Shown piece by piece: positions 10,620 to 20,777 of a stretch of DNA of 32,000 nucleotides (the stretch's first letter is position 1; each line of letters opens with the position of its first letter). Source of the stretch: Buchnera aphidicola str. APS (Acyrthosiphon pisum) (GTDB lineage: Bacteria; Pseudomonadota; Gammaproteobacteria; Enterobacterales; Enterobacteriaceae); the NCBI RefSeq assembly GCF_000009605.1, contig NC_002528.1:480001-512000 (forward strand), read 5' to 3'. The translations under genes were made by a program, and so were the position numbers. The notes beneath the pieces are model-generated. The model was not told where the DNA came from. It saw nothing but the letters and a program-made list of their open reading frames with translations, and ran no database searches.

Positions 10620-10646
10620 AACCTGTTATTAATGGAATAACAGGTT
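10620..10646 (+). other. perfect 11-bp stem / 5-nt loop hairpin between yhgN and pgk (function unknown; no U-tract)
   Basis: aacctgttatt (10620-10630), aatgg (loop), aataacaggtt (10636-10646). The stem has four G-C pairs, which is conspicuous in this AT-rich spacer. It starts 18 nt after the yhgN stop. Confidence 0.4.
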
Positions 10647-10714
10647 AAAATAATCGACTTAAAAATGGAATAAAAAAAATAAATTATACATAAGTAATTG
10701 TAAAAGGTATTATT

Positions 10715-11887
10715 ATGACTATAAGAAAAATGACTGAACTAAATATAACAGAGAAAAGAATTTTAATAAGAAGTGATTTAAATGTCCCTATAGAAAATGG
10801 AATTATCCAATCTGATGCTAGAATACTAGCTGCACTACCTACCATTGAATTGGCTCTTCAGAAAAAAGCTAAAGTCATTATTATGTCTCATTTAGGAAGA
10901 CCAAAAGAAGGATATTATACAAAAAAATATTCCTTATTTCCTATATTTGAATATTTTAAAAAAAAATTTAATAATACAAAAATATATTTTTCCAATAATT
11001 TTTTAGATGGTATTAAACTGAATCCAGGAGAAATCGCACTTTTAGAAAACACTCGATTCAATAAAGGTGAGTTAAACAATGACGAACAATTATCTAAAAA
11101 ATATTCTGATCTTTGCGATATATTTGTAATGGACGCATTTGGAAGTGCACATAGAATGCAATCATCTACCTATGGGATTGGAAAATTTGTTAAAATTGCA
11201 TGTGCTGGACTTCTTTTAATAAGTGAAATTGATGCTTTAAAAAAAGCATTAAAAAAACCAAAACGACCAATGGTTGCTATAGTTGGAGGCTCAAAAGTAT
11301 CAACTAAATTTAATGTATTAAATAAATTGTCTAAAATTGCAGATACAATAATAGTTGGAGGTGGTATAGCAAATACATTTTTAGCTATTGATTACAAAAT
11401 AGGAAAATCATTATATGAACCAGATTTTGTATTTGAAGCTAAAAAATTACGTGATAAATACAATATTATTGTGCCAATTGACTCTCGTGTTGGAAAAAAT
11501 TTTTGTAAGAACGAACAGGCTATAATCAAATCACCTGATAATATCAAAGAAGATGAAGAAATAATGGATTTTGGTGATGAAAGTATTAAAAAAATTATTA
11601 GTATTATTACACAATCTCAAACAATTATGTGGAACGGACCAGTTGGGGTATTTGAATTTCCAAACTTTAGAAAAGGTACTGAGATGATTGCAAAGACAAT
11701 TGCAAATAGCAATGCATTTTCTATAGCAGGAGGAGGAGATACATTATCTGTTATCGATATGTTTAATATAAAAAATAATATCTCTTATATTTCAACCGGA
11801 GGAGGAGCTTTTTTAGAATTTATAGAAGGAAAAAAACTACCTGCAATACAAATGTTAGAAGAAAATTTTAAAAATAAATCAAAATAA
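10715..11887 (+). CDS. pgk: phosphoglycerate kinase
   Basis: 390 aa (E. coli 387), with [33 protein letters not shown] and [10 protein letters not shown]. Confidence 0.97.
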   Translation: MTIRKMTELNITEKRILIRSDLNVPIENGIIQSDARILAALPTIELALQKKAKVIIMSHLGRPKEGYYTKKYSLFPIFEYFKKKFNNTKIYFSNNFLDGIKLNPGEIALLENTRFNKGELNNDEQLSKKYSDLCDIFVMDAFGSAHRMQSSTYGIGKFVKIACAGLLLISEIDALKKALKKPKRPMVAIVGGSKVSTKFNVLNKLSKIADTIIVGGGIANTFLAIDYKIGKSLYEPDFVFEAKKLRDKYNIIVPIDSRVGKNFCKNEQAIIKSPDNIKEDEEIMDFGDESIKKIISIITQSQTIMWNGPVGVFEFPNFRKGTEMIAKTIANSNAFSIAGGGDTLSVIDMFNIKNNISYISTGGGAFLEFIEGKKLPAIQMLEENFKNKSK

Positions 11888-11902
11888 TTAATAGGAAAAA
11901 CA

Positions 11903-12979
11903 TTGAATATTTTAAATGTTATTAGACCTGGTGTTATGAATGGTGACGAAGCTCGAATAGTGTTTGAGTTGGCTAAAAAAAAACAATTCGCAATACCAGC
12001 CGTGAACTGCATAGGTACTGATTCTATTAATGCTGTTTTGGAAACTGCTGCTAGAGTTAAATCTCCAATTATCATACAATTTTCTCATGGAGGAGCTTCT
12101 TTTATTGCTGGTTATAAAAAAAAACTATCAGAGAATCAAGAACAAGCAATTCAAGGCGCTGTATCTGGAGCTCAACATGTACATTTAATGGCAAAGCATT
12201 ATGAAATTCCAGTAATACTTCATACTGATCATTGTCCTAAAGAAACACTATCATGGATTGACGGACTATTAGAAGTTGGTCAAAACTATTATTTCAATAA
12301 TAATAGACCTCTTTTTACTTCTCATATGATTGATTTATCAAAAGAAAGTTTGGAAGAAAACATTAGTACCTGTAAAAAATACTTCAAAAGAATTAAGAAT
12401 ATTAATATGATGCTGGAAATAGAATTAGGATGTACAGGGGGTGAGGAAGATGGTATTGATAATACTAAGATAGATAAAAAATTACTTTATACACAACCTC
12501 AAGATGTTAATTATGCTTATGAAGAACTAAATACAATTAGTAAGAATTTTAGTATTGCGGCTTCATTCGGTAATATACATGGTGTTTATCAACCTGGAAA
12601 TATTGATTTGCGCCCTATTATCTTAAAAAATTCACAAGAATTTGTAAGTTCTAAACACAATCTAGAAAAAAATCCATTGAATTTAGTGTTTCATGGTGGT
12701 TCAGGTTCCAATTTAAAAGAAATTAAAGAATCGATTCAATATGGAGTAGTTAAAATGAATATTGATACTGATATACAATGGGCCGCATGGAAAGGTGTTT
12801 TAGATTTTTATAAACAAAATAAAGAATTTCTACAACACCAATTAGGAAATACAACTAATAAACATAAACCTAATAAAAAATACTATGATCCAAGAACGTG
12901 GATAAGAAAATCACAGGAATCAATATCAATTAGATTAGAACAATCATTTAAAGAACTAAACTCTTTTAATATTTTATAA
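11903..12979 (+). CDS. fbaA: fructose-bisphosphate aldolase class II (TTG start)
   Basis: 358 aa (E. coli 359), with PAVNC(I/V)GTDSINAVLETAA, HTDHC, ELGCTGGEEDG and FHGGSGS. TTG 11903 has GGA 6 nt upstream and keeps the register with the E. coli N-terminus. The first ATG (11936) would delete conserved residues. Confidence 0.94.
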   Translation: MNILNVIRPGVMNGDEARIVFELAKKKQFAIPAVNCIGTDSINAVLETAARVKSPIIIQFSHGGASFIAGYKKKLSENQEQAIQGAVSGAQHVHLMAKHYEIPVILHTDHCPKETLSWIDGLLEVGQNYYFNNNRPLFTSHMIDLSKESLEENISTCKKYFKRIKNINMMLEIELGCTGGEEDGIDNTKIDKKLLYTQPQDVNYAYEELNTISKNFSIAASFGNIHGVYQPGNIDLRPIILKNSQEFVSSKHNLEKNPLNLVFHGGSGSNLKEIKESIQYGVVKMNIDTDIQWAAWKGVLDFYKQNKEFLQHQLGNTTNKHKPNKKYYDPRTWIRKSQESISIRLEQSFKELNSFNIL

Positions 12980-13114
12980 AGACTGTTAATTTTATCCCGG
13001 GGAATAAATAAAATATTCTCCGAAAAAACTTTATTAAAATAAATTTTATTTATTAAAATAGAAATAATTGCTAAAACTTTATTAATTATTAATAAAAAAT
13101 ATACAGAGATTAAA

Positions 13115-13960
13115 ATGGATGAATTAAATGTAGTAAATAATATCAATCATGCAGGAACTTGGTTGATACGTAATCAAGAATTATTGCTTAGATATACAAT
13201 AAATCTAACATCTGCTATTATTATTTTAGTTGTCGGAATGTTTATATCTAAAATCATATCAAATGGAGCTAATCAAGTATTAATTACTCGAAATATTGAT
13301 GCAACTATTGCAGGATTTCTTTCTGCATTAATGCGATATATTATTATTACTTTTACATTTATTGCTGCATTAGGTCGGATTGGAGTACAAACAACATCAG
13401 TAATAGCTATATTAGGAGCTGCCGGCATGGCAATAGGTTTAGCTTTACAAGGATCTTTATCTAATTTTGCAGCTGGTGTGTTATTAGTCACATTAAGACC
13501 ATTAAAAACTGAAGAATATGTCGATTTAGGAAGTGTTTCAGGAACTGTTTTAAATATTCATATTTTTTATACCACACTTCGTACTTTAGACGGTAAAATA
13601 GTAGTGGTTCCTAATAATAAAATTATTTCTGGTAATATTATTAATTATTCACGAGAACCTGCACGTCGTAATGAATTTATTATAAGTGTATCTTATAACA
13701 GCGACATCGATTTAGTAATAAAAATATTACGAAGCGTGATAGAAAAAGAAGAAAGGGTAATTAAAGATAAAGACATTATAGTTGGACTTAGTGAATTAGC
13801 TCCATCTTCTTTAAATTTTATAGTACGTTGCTGGAGTAAAAATCATGATTTAAATACAGTATATTGGGACTTAATGGCTAAATTTAAAAAAGAACTAGAT
13901 AAAAATAATATCAACATTCCTTTTCCTCAGCTAGATGTACATGTTTATAAAAAAAAATAA
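13115..13960 (+). CDS. mscS: small-conductance mechanosensitive channel
   Basis: 281 aa (E. coli MscS/YggB 286). The N-terminus is M(D/E)(E/D)LNVV, and the pore helix block [25 protein letters not shown] is present. It follows fbaA as in E. coli. Confidence 0.93.
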   Translation: MDELNVVNNINHAGTWLIRNQELLLRYTINLTSAIIILVVGMFISKIISNGANQVLITRNIDATIAGFLSALMRYIIITFTFIAALGRIGVQTTSVIAILGAAGMAIGLALQGSLSNFAAGVLLVTLRPLKTEEYVDLGSVSGTVLNIHIFYTTLRTLDGKIVVVPNNKIISGNIINYSREPARRNEFIISVSYNSDIDLVIKILRSVIEKEERVIKDKDIIVGLSELAPSSLNFIVRCWSKNHDLNTVYWDLMAKFKKELDKNNINIPFPQLDVHVYKKK

Positions 13961-14018
13961 GATAATATAATCCTCAAAAAAATTCAAAAAAATTAATTAA
14001 TTTAAAAAATAAATTGCT

Positions 14019-17000
14019 ATGTTTACCATTTACAAGTCAAATTCTCTTAATACGCTACTATTAAAAGCATATCATATTATTGAAGAAAAACCTTTTTCTA
14101 ATATTTTTGAAAAAGAGATATTTATTTATGATAACAAAGTGCTATTTCAATACTTAAATATATTTATTGCTGAAAAAAAAGGTATTTCTGCTAATTTTAA
14201 ATTTTATCATCCCAATGATTTTATATGGAAATTATTTAAAATAATTTTATCTAAAAAAGAGTTAAAAAATATATTTACTCATTCTATGATTATTTGGGAA
14301 ATTATAAAAATTTTAGATAATAAAAAATTTTTTGAAAATTGCAGTAAAAAAAAAGATATGATAAAAAAATTTAAATTTTCATTTTTAATGGCCAGTATAT
14401 TTAAAAAATATATTTTATATCGTCCTGAATGGATCAATCAATGGGAAATAGAAAAAAATATATCAATTTTTGACAAAAACGAACAATGGCAAATAAAATT
14501 ATGGATGGAAATAATACATAATACAAAAAAAATAAATCAATCTAGTGATCATTTTGCTAATTTATTTTATAATATTCAGAAAATAATTAAAGAAAAAAAA
14601 ATAAAAAAAAAATATTTACCTAAACGTTTCTTTATTATTTCCTCTTTTTCAATGAATCCTTCTTATATAAAAATTTTTCAAAATATTAGTATATATACTG
14701 ATATTTATTTCTTATATATTACCCCATTTAAGAAAAATATATTTAATTTTATTCAAGATAATAAAATTTTTACAGATATAAAAATAGAAAAAAAAAATAT
14801 ATTAAATGATTCATTAATAACATTATGGGGACAATATGAAGAAATTTATTATTTTTATATTCTTAAGTCTAAAAAAAATAAAGTAATCAATTGCTTTAAA
14901 AAAAATAAAAATAAAAGTTTATTAAGTCAGATTAAAAATAATTTTTTTAACGATAGTGAATTCACACGCAAAAAAAGATTTTTAGAAATAAGTGACCATT
15001 CAATTTCTATAAATATTTGTTTTAATAAAAAAAATGAAATTGAAGTGTTATATGAAAAATTATTGATATTTCTTAATGAAAACTCATCTATAAAACCAGG
15101 TGATATAGTAGTTACTTCTTTTTCACTAGATACATATATTTCATCAATTAATTTAATATTTCAATCAATAGATAATAAAAAAACCATTCCTTTTTTTATC
15201 GCTAAAAAATCTTCTAAAACAACAGAAATAATGCTTTGGTCTTTTAAAAAAATATTAAATTTATCAAATAGTCGGTTCGAAAACGAAGAAATATTAGAAT
15301 TACTCGATGTTCCTGAAATAGCAGAAAAATTTAATTTTTCAGAAGAAGAAATAAAAATTTTATACCATTGGATAGAAGAAACAAATATTCGATGGGGTAT
15401 TAATGAAAAACATAAAAATTATTTGTTGTTTCCTAAAAATAAACAAAATACATGGTTTTACGGTATAGAAAAATTACTTCTTAGTTATGCAATGAATGAT
15501 ACAGAAAAAATTTGGAATGGTGTTTTGTCATGCAGTTTTATTAACGGTTCCAGATCGGAATTGATAGGAAAACTGATTTCATTTATAAAAATACTAGAAA
15601 AATGGCAAAAAAAACTATCAAAATTACAATACCTTACATATTGGCGTTCATTATATAGCGATTTAGTTAGTGATTTTTTTCAAAATAACACAAAAATAGA
15701 AAAATCTATTCAAATAATTCAAAAAAAATGGATAGAAATAATTGATGATAGTTTATCATCAAATTATTTAAAAAAAATTTCAATTAATATACTTAAAAAA
15801 ATTTTTTTCTATAAATATTATGATAATAATCATGAAATATTTTTACCTGGAGTAGTAAATTTTTGCTATCCTGATTCTGTATGTTATATTCCATTTAAAG
15901 TAATATGTATGATTGGAACTGATCATACAAGTATTCCGAAAACAAATTATTTAGATAACTTTAATTTATTAAAAAAGTATCCGTTAATTGGAGATATTAA
16001 TCTGTATCAAAAATATTCTTACTTGTTTGTTCAAAGCTTATCTTGTGCCGAAAAATATTTTTATATTAGTTATATCGGATATTCTGTTAAAGACGAAAGC
16101 AAAGTACATCCTTCAATTTTAGTTGATCAGTTATTAAATTATATAACATTAAATTTTTGTTTTATAGGCGATCAAAATTTAAGTTACAAAGAAAATTCTA
16201 AAAAAATCACTAAATATCTGTGCAAAAAACATAAAAAACAATTTTTCTATGAAACAAAAAATATAGAATCTTTTATACAAGATGATATAAAAAATGATTT
16301 TAAACATACAGAAAAAAATATATCTCATAAAAATTTACTAAAAAAAAATACTGATAATGAAATTAATTTGAAAGATTTGATAAATTTTTGGAAACATCCA
16401 ATACGATATTTTTATAATTCTCATTTAAAAATTAAAATTCGTCAAAAAAAACAAAAAATCAATACAACAGAAACTTTTTTAGTAAATCCATTAAATTCTT
16501 TTAAAATAAAAAATAAACTACTAGATTACATCATACATAATAAAAATATAACAAAATTATACCAACACTACCTTCTTTCTGGAAAACTACCTTATCATTT
16601 TTTCGGGGAAATATTTTGGATAAAAAATATTAAAGAAATGAAATTGATAGCAAATAAAGTAATGCAATATAGAATTGAAAAAGAAGAAAAAAAGATTAAT
16701 TTAAATATAGAAAAATACCAAATATATGGCGTTTTATCTGAAATACAAAGTACAGGGTTGCTGCGTTGGAAAACAAGCTCAATCAGATATAGCGATCGTA
16801 TTGCTTTATGGTTAGAACATTTAATTTACTCTATATTAGGAGGTTGTGGGAAAAGCAAAATAATAGGTTATAAAAGTCAAATTTGGTCTTTTTCTTCTTT
16901 AAATTCTCATAGAGCACATAGTTATCTACTAGAGTATATTAAAGGATATATAAAGGGCATGAAAGAACCTCTTTTTTTAACAAAATCAGGGGCATCTTGG

Positions 17001-17231
17001 CTTGACCAGGTTTATGATGAAAGAAATAATTGTATTAAAAATGATTATTATACAAAAATAAAAGCATATAAAAAATTATTATATACCTGGAAAGGAGATA
17101 ATTACACCGAAGGGGAACAAGAAGATTATTATTTAAAAAAAACAATTACCATATCAAATAAAAAGAACATCAAAAAAATTTGTGAGAGTGCTGAAAAGTG
17201 GCTTATTCCCATTTTAAAAAATAAAGGTTGA
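14019..17231 (+). CDS. recC: exodeoxyribonuclease V gamma subunit
   Basis: 1070 aa (E. coli 1122). It is colinear with RecC in blocks such as YRPEWINQWE, LLDVPEIAEKFNFSEEE, NIRWGI, IPFKVICMIG and YISYIGYS. It ends with TGA 17229-17231. Confidence 0.93.
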   Translation: MFTIYKSNSLNTLLLKAYHIIEEKPFSNIFEKEIFIYDNKVLFQYLNIFIAEKKGISANFKFYHPNDFIWKLFKIILSKKELKNIFTHSMIIWEIIKILDNKKFFENCSKKKDMIKKFKFSFLMASIFKKYILYRPEWINQWEIEKNISIFDKNEQWQIKLWMEIIHNTKKINQSSDHFANLFYNIQKIIKEKKIKKKYLPKRFFIISSFSMNPSYIKIFQNISIYTDIYFLYITPFKKNIFNFIQDNKIFTDIKIEKKNILNDSLITLWGQYEEIYYFYILKSKKNKVINCFKKNKNKSLLSQIKNNFFNDSEFTRKKRFLEISDHSISINICFNKKNEIEVLYEKLLIFLNENSSIKPGDIVVTSFSLDTYISSINLIFQSIDNKKTIPFFIAKKSSKTTEIMLWSFKKILNLSNSRFENEEILELLDVPEIAEKFNFSEEEIKILYHWIEETNIRWGINEKHKNYLLFPKNKQNTWFYGIEKLLLSYAMNDTEKIWNGVLSCSFINGSRSELIGKLISFIKILEKWQKKLSKLQYLTYWRSLYSDLVSDFFQNNTKIEKSIQIIQKKWIEIIDDSLSSNYLKKISINILKKIFFYKYYDNNHEIFLPGVVNFCYPDSVCYIPFKVICMIGTDHTSIPKTNYLDNFNLLKKYPLIGDINLYQKYSYLFVQSLSCAEKYFYISYIGYSVKDESKVHPSILVDQLLNYITLNFCFIGDQNLSYKENSKKITKYLCKKHKKQFFYETKNIESFIQDDIKNDFKHTEKNISHKNLLKKNTDNEINLKDLINFWKHPIRYFYNSHLKIKIRQKKQKINTTETFLVNPLNSFKIKNKLLDYIIHNKNITKLYQHYLLSGKLPYHFFGEIFWIKNIKEMKLIANKVMQYRIEKEEKKINLNIEKYQIYGVLSEIQSTGLLRWKTSSIRYSDRIALWLEHLIYSILGGCGKSKIIGYKSQIWSFSSLNSHRAHSYLLEYIKGYIKGMKEPLFLTKSGASWLDQVYDERNNCIKNDYYTKIKAYKKLLYTWKGDNYTEGEQEDYYLKKTITISNKKNIKKICESAEKWLIPILKNKG

Positions 17232-17247
17232 AAAAAAAAATAACAAT

Positions 17248-20200
17248 TTGAAAATTGATAGTTTAAAAGAAAAACTTAATATATTTAAAATACCTCTTAA
17301 TGGAATAAAATTAATCGAGGCTTCTGCAGGAACAGGAAAAACTTTTACAATAGTCCTATTATATTTGCGTTTATTATTAGGTATTGGAGAAAAAAAAATA
17401 TATAAAAAAAAACTATTAGTTCATGAAATATTGGTAGTTACTTTTACTAATAAAGCCAAAGAAGAATTGTATATACGTATCAAAGATGGAATTCAAAATA
17501 TGTATTTAACTTGTATTAATAAAACGACCTCAGATTCTTCTTTTCAGTTTTTTTTTAAAGAAATACATGATATAAAAGAAGCTATTTATGTTTTAAAAAG
17601 AGCACAAAATGACATGAATAGCTCTTCTATTTACACAATACATAGTTTTTGTCAACACATATTACAATTACATACTTTTCATTTTAATGATATTTTTGAA
17701 GAAAAAATAATTGAGAATGAAGATAATTTATATTTACAAGCGACACAAGACTTTTGGAGACGTTTTTTTTATACACTACCAGAAGATATTATCAAAATTA
17801 TCTATCAAGATTATAAAAGCCCAGACCATCTTTTAAAAACGATAAAACCATTTTTTTATATAAAATCCATTAATTTTCCTACAAAAATATTAAATAATAA
17901 AAAACTGATTATGTATCATGAAGAAAATATAAAAAAAATAATTTTTTTTAAAGAAATGTGGTTGATTTATCATAAAATAATACAAAAAACAATTAACGAT
18001 TTAGAAATCAATAAGAAAATATATAGTAAATTTAATCTAATTAAATGGATTAATAAGATAACAGAATGGGCTAAATCTGAAACTAAAGATTATACTATTC
18101 CTTCTATACTAAAATACTTTACAAAAAAAAATATAGAAAAAAATACAATCAATAATACATGTTCAAAGTATATTATATTTGAAGAAAGTGAAAAAATATT
18201 AAAAAAGAAATTTTCATTGAAAAATGTCATTATAATCTATGCTGTAAAAAAAATTCATCAGTTTCTACTTAAAGAAAAGAAAAAAAAATCATTGATAGGA
18301 TTTAATGACTTGTTAAGTATACTATTAAAAACTATAAAAAAAGAAAAATTTTTAAAAGACTTAATAATAAAAAAATATCCCGCGGCATTTATTGATGAAT
18401 TTCAGGATACTGATATTCAACAGTATAAAATATTTAATCTTTTATATAAAAAAAACAAAACAACAGTATTATTTCTTATTGGTGATCCAAAACAAGCAAT
18501 ATATAGCTTTAGAGGTGCAGATATTTTTTCTTATTTATATGCAAAATCTAAAATAAAAAAATACTATTATCTTGATACTAATTGGCGTTCTTCAATAAAT
18601 ATATGTAAAAGCATCAATTTTTTATTTTCTCAAAATATAAATCCATTTATATTTAAAAATATTCCATATATACCGGTTGTCCCTTCTAGTAAAAACTTAA
18701 AAATGAATTTTACAATTAATGATGTCGCTCAAACTCCAATTAGTTTTTTTTTACAAGAAGAAAAAGAAGTATCTATAGATGATTATCAAGTTTGGATTTC
18801 TAAACAATGTGCAAATGAAATTAGTTTTTGGTTAACTTGTGCTAAAACAGGAAAAGCAAAAATCACTACTAAAAATGGGGAAAAAATTCTTACAGCTAAC
18901 GATATCGCTATACTGGTTAGAAATAGAAAAGAAGCTGATCTTATTCAAGATGAATTAGAAAAACTTAATATAATTTCAATATATTCATCTAATAAAAATA
19001 GTGTATTTCAAACTCTTGATGCTCAAGAATTACTATGGATACTAGAATCTATTTTAGAACCCGAGAACGAAATATTATTACAACAATCAATGGCTTCACA
19101 TATTTTAAAAAAATTATCCCTTGTAGTTGAAAACAAAACAATCAGTAATAAAAACTCTTATTTTATAATAGAAAAATTATATGAATATCATGATATATGG
19201 GAAAAAATTGGCGTTTTTCAGATGATTAAAATCATGATATTAGAATATCAAAAAAACTCTTTTTGCACAGAAATTAATGAAAATCATATAAAAAATTTAA
19301 ATTTTTTACATATTGGAGAATTATTACAAGAGCAATTCCAATTTTTTCATAAAAAAATATCTTTAATTCGTTGGTTTCAAAAAAAAATATCCACAAAAAC
19401 ACAACCTGAATATAATGAAAGTATAAAGTGTTTTGATGAATCTCCATCGATTAAAATTATTACGATACATAAATCAAAAGGATTAGAATATCCTATTGTT
19501 TGGATACCTTTTAGTATAGATTTTAAAAAATCAACACTAGCTATTTATCACGATCAAAAAAGTTTAAAAACATTTTTTGATGAAAATTATAGCAATAAAT
19601 TTTTAAAAATAGCAGACGAGGAAAGGTTAGCAGAAGATATACGTTTTTTATATGTTGCACTTACAAGATCTATTCTTCATTGTAGTATTGGATTAGCTTG
19701 TTTAATAAAAAAAATAATAAAAAATAGAAATAATAGTGATATTCATCAAAGTGGTTTAGGATTCACCATACAAGGTGGAAAGACTATGAATTATGAAGGT
19801 CTGTTGGAAAAATTAAAAAAATTGAGTATTAACAATTTTATTGAAGTAAAAAATAATACAGATAATTTTAGTTTTTCTAGAAAACCACAAACTATTAGTT
19901 TAATATGTAAAAATAAATTTTTAAACAAAAAAAATATTAGAAATACTTGGAGTATAACAAGCTTTAGTCAATTAAATAAAATAAATAAATTATCAAAACA
20001 TCATCAAAAAGAAGTTGCTCTAAAAGAGTTATGTATAAAAAATCAAGAAAAAAAAAATCAATCTCTATTAACAATACATAATTTCCCAAAAGGAAAAAAA
20101 ACTGGTTTAATGATTCATTATATATTAAAAAATTTACATGTTTTAAAGAATAAAAATTCTAATTGGTTTTCTTGTATCTTAGAAAAATATAATATTCATA

Positions 20201-20772
20201 TAAAATGGACTTCCGTGTTAATATATTGGATAAAAAATATTATAAATACACCTCTTAATGATGAAAAAATTATTTTATCCAGAATAGATGAAAAATCATC
20301 TATAAGAGAACTAGAATTTTTTTTTCCGATAAAAAATATGTTATATAGTACAGAACTAAATAAAATTATTCAATCTATTAATCCAACATCTATTACTTCT
20401 CCACAATTATCTTTCAATCCAGTCAAAGGGATGTTAACAGGATTCGTTGATTTAGTTTTCATTTGGAAAAAAAAATATTATATATTAGATTATAAATCTA
20501 ATTGGTTAGGAAAAAATAATAATTTTTATTCTTCTATACATATAAACAAAGAAATAGTTAAAAAAAGATATCATCTACAATATCAAATATACACTATAGC
20601 GATTCATAAATATTTACAAAAAAAACTAAAAAACTATAATTATAAAGATGATTTTGGAGGTGTTTTTTACTTTTTTTTACGTGCTATAGATTGTCCAAAA
20701 AAGAACAATGGAATTTTTTATACTATGCCTAATTATTCTCTAATAAAAAAAACGATGACTTTAATTTCATAA
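17248..20772 (+). CDS. recB: exodeoxyribonuclease V beta subunit (helicase-nuclease), TTG start
   Basis: 1174 aa (E. coli 1180). Helicase motifs EASAGTGKTFT, IDEFQDTD, GDPKQAIYSFRGAD and TIHKSKGLEYP are present, as is the nuclease motif GFVDLVF...LDYKSN. There is no in-frame ATG before the Walker A motif, and TTG 17248 is the first start codon after the upstream stop. Confidence 0.94.
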   Translation: MKIDSLKEKLNIFKIPLNGIKLIEASAGTGKTFTIVLLYLRLLLGIGEKKIYKKKLLVHEILVVTFTNKAKEELYIRIKDGIQNMYLTCINKTTSDSSFQFFFKEIHDIKEAIYVLKRAQNDMNSSSIYTIHSFCQHILQLHTFHFNDIFEEKIIENEDNLYLQATQDFWRRFFYTLPEDIIKIIYQDYKSPDHLLKTIKPFFYIKSINFPTKILNNKKLIMYHEENIKKIIFFKEMWLIYHKIIQKTINDLEINKKIYSKFNLIKWINKITEWAKSETKDYTIPSILKYFTKKNIEKNTINNTCSKYIIFEESEKILKKKFSLKNVIIIYAVKKIHQFLLKEKKKKSLIGFNDLLSILLKTIKKEKFLKDLIIKKYPAAFIDEFQDTDIQQYKIFNLLYKKNKTTVLFLIGDPKQAIYSFRGADIFSYLYAKSKIKKYYYLDTNWRSSINICKSINFLFSQNINPFIFKNIPYIPVVPSSKNLKMNFTINDVAQTPISFFLQEEKEVSIDDYQVWISKQCANEISFWLTCAKTGKAKITTKNGEKILTANDIAILVRNRKEADLIQDELEKLNIISIYSSNKNSVFQTLDAQELLWILESILEPENEILLQQSMASHILKKLSLVVENKTISNKNSYFIIEKLYEYHDIWEKIGVFQMIKIMILEYQKNSFCTEINENHIKNLNFLHIGELLQEQFQFFHKKISLIRWFQKKISTKTQPEYNESIKCFDESPSIKIITIHKSKGLEYPIVWIPFSIDFKKSTLAIYHDQKSLKTFFDENYSNKFLKIADEERLAEDIRFLYVALTRSILHCSIGLACLIKKIIKNRNNSDIHQSGLGFTIQGGKTMNYEGLLEKLKKLSINNFIEVKNNTDNFSFSRKPQTISLICKNKFLNKKNIRNTWSITSFSQLNKINKLSKHHQKEVALKELCIKNQEKKNQSLLTIHNFPKGKKTGLMIHYILKNLHVLKNKNSNWFSCILEKYNIHIKWTSVLIYWIKNIINTPLNDEKIILSRIDEKSSIRELEFFFPIKNMLYSTELNKIIQSINPTSITSPQLSFNPVKGMLTGFVDLVFIWKKKYYILDYKSNWLGKNNNFYSSIHINKEIVKKRYHLQYQIYTIAIHKYLQKKLKNYNYKDDFGGVFYFFLRAIDCPKKNNGIFYTMPNYSLIKKTMTLIS

Positions 20773-20777
20773 AAAAT

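Noticed and set aside
11785-13491. Antisense ORFs 11785-12075, 12883-13146 and 13273-13491, opposite pgk/fbaA, the fbaA-mscS junction and mscS
   Set aside because: The reasoning is the same. They overlap strongly conserved sense genes and have no Shine-Dalgarno or recognisable homology, so I treat them as spurious.
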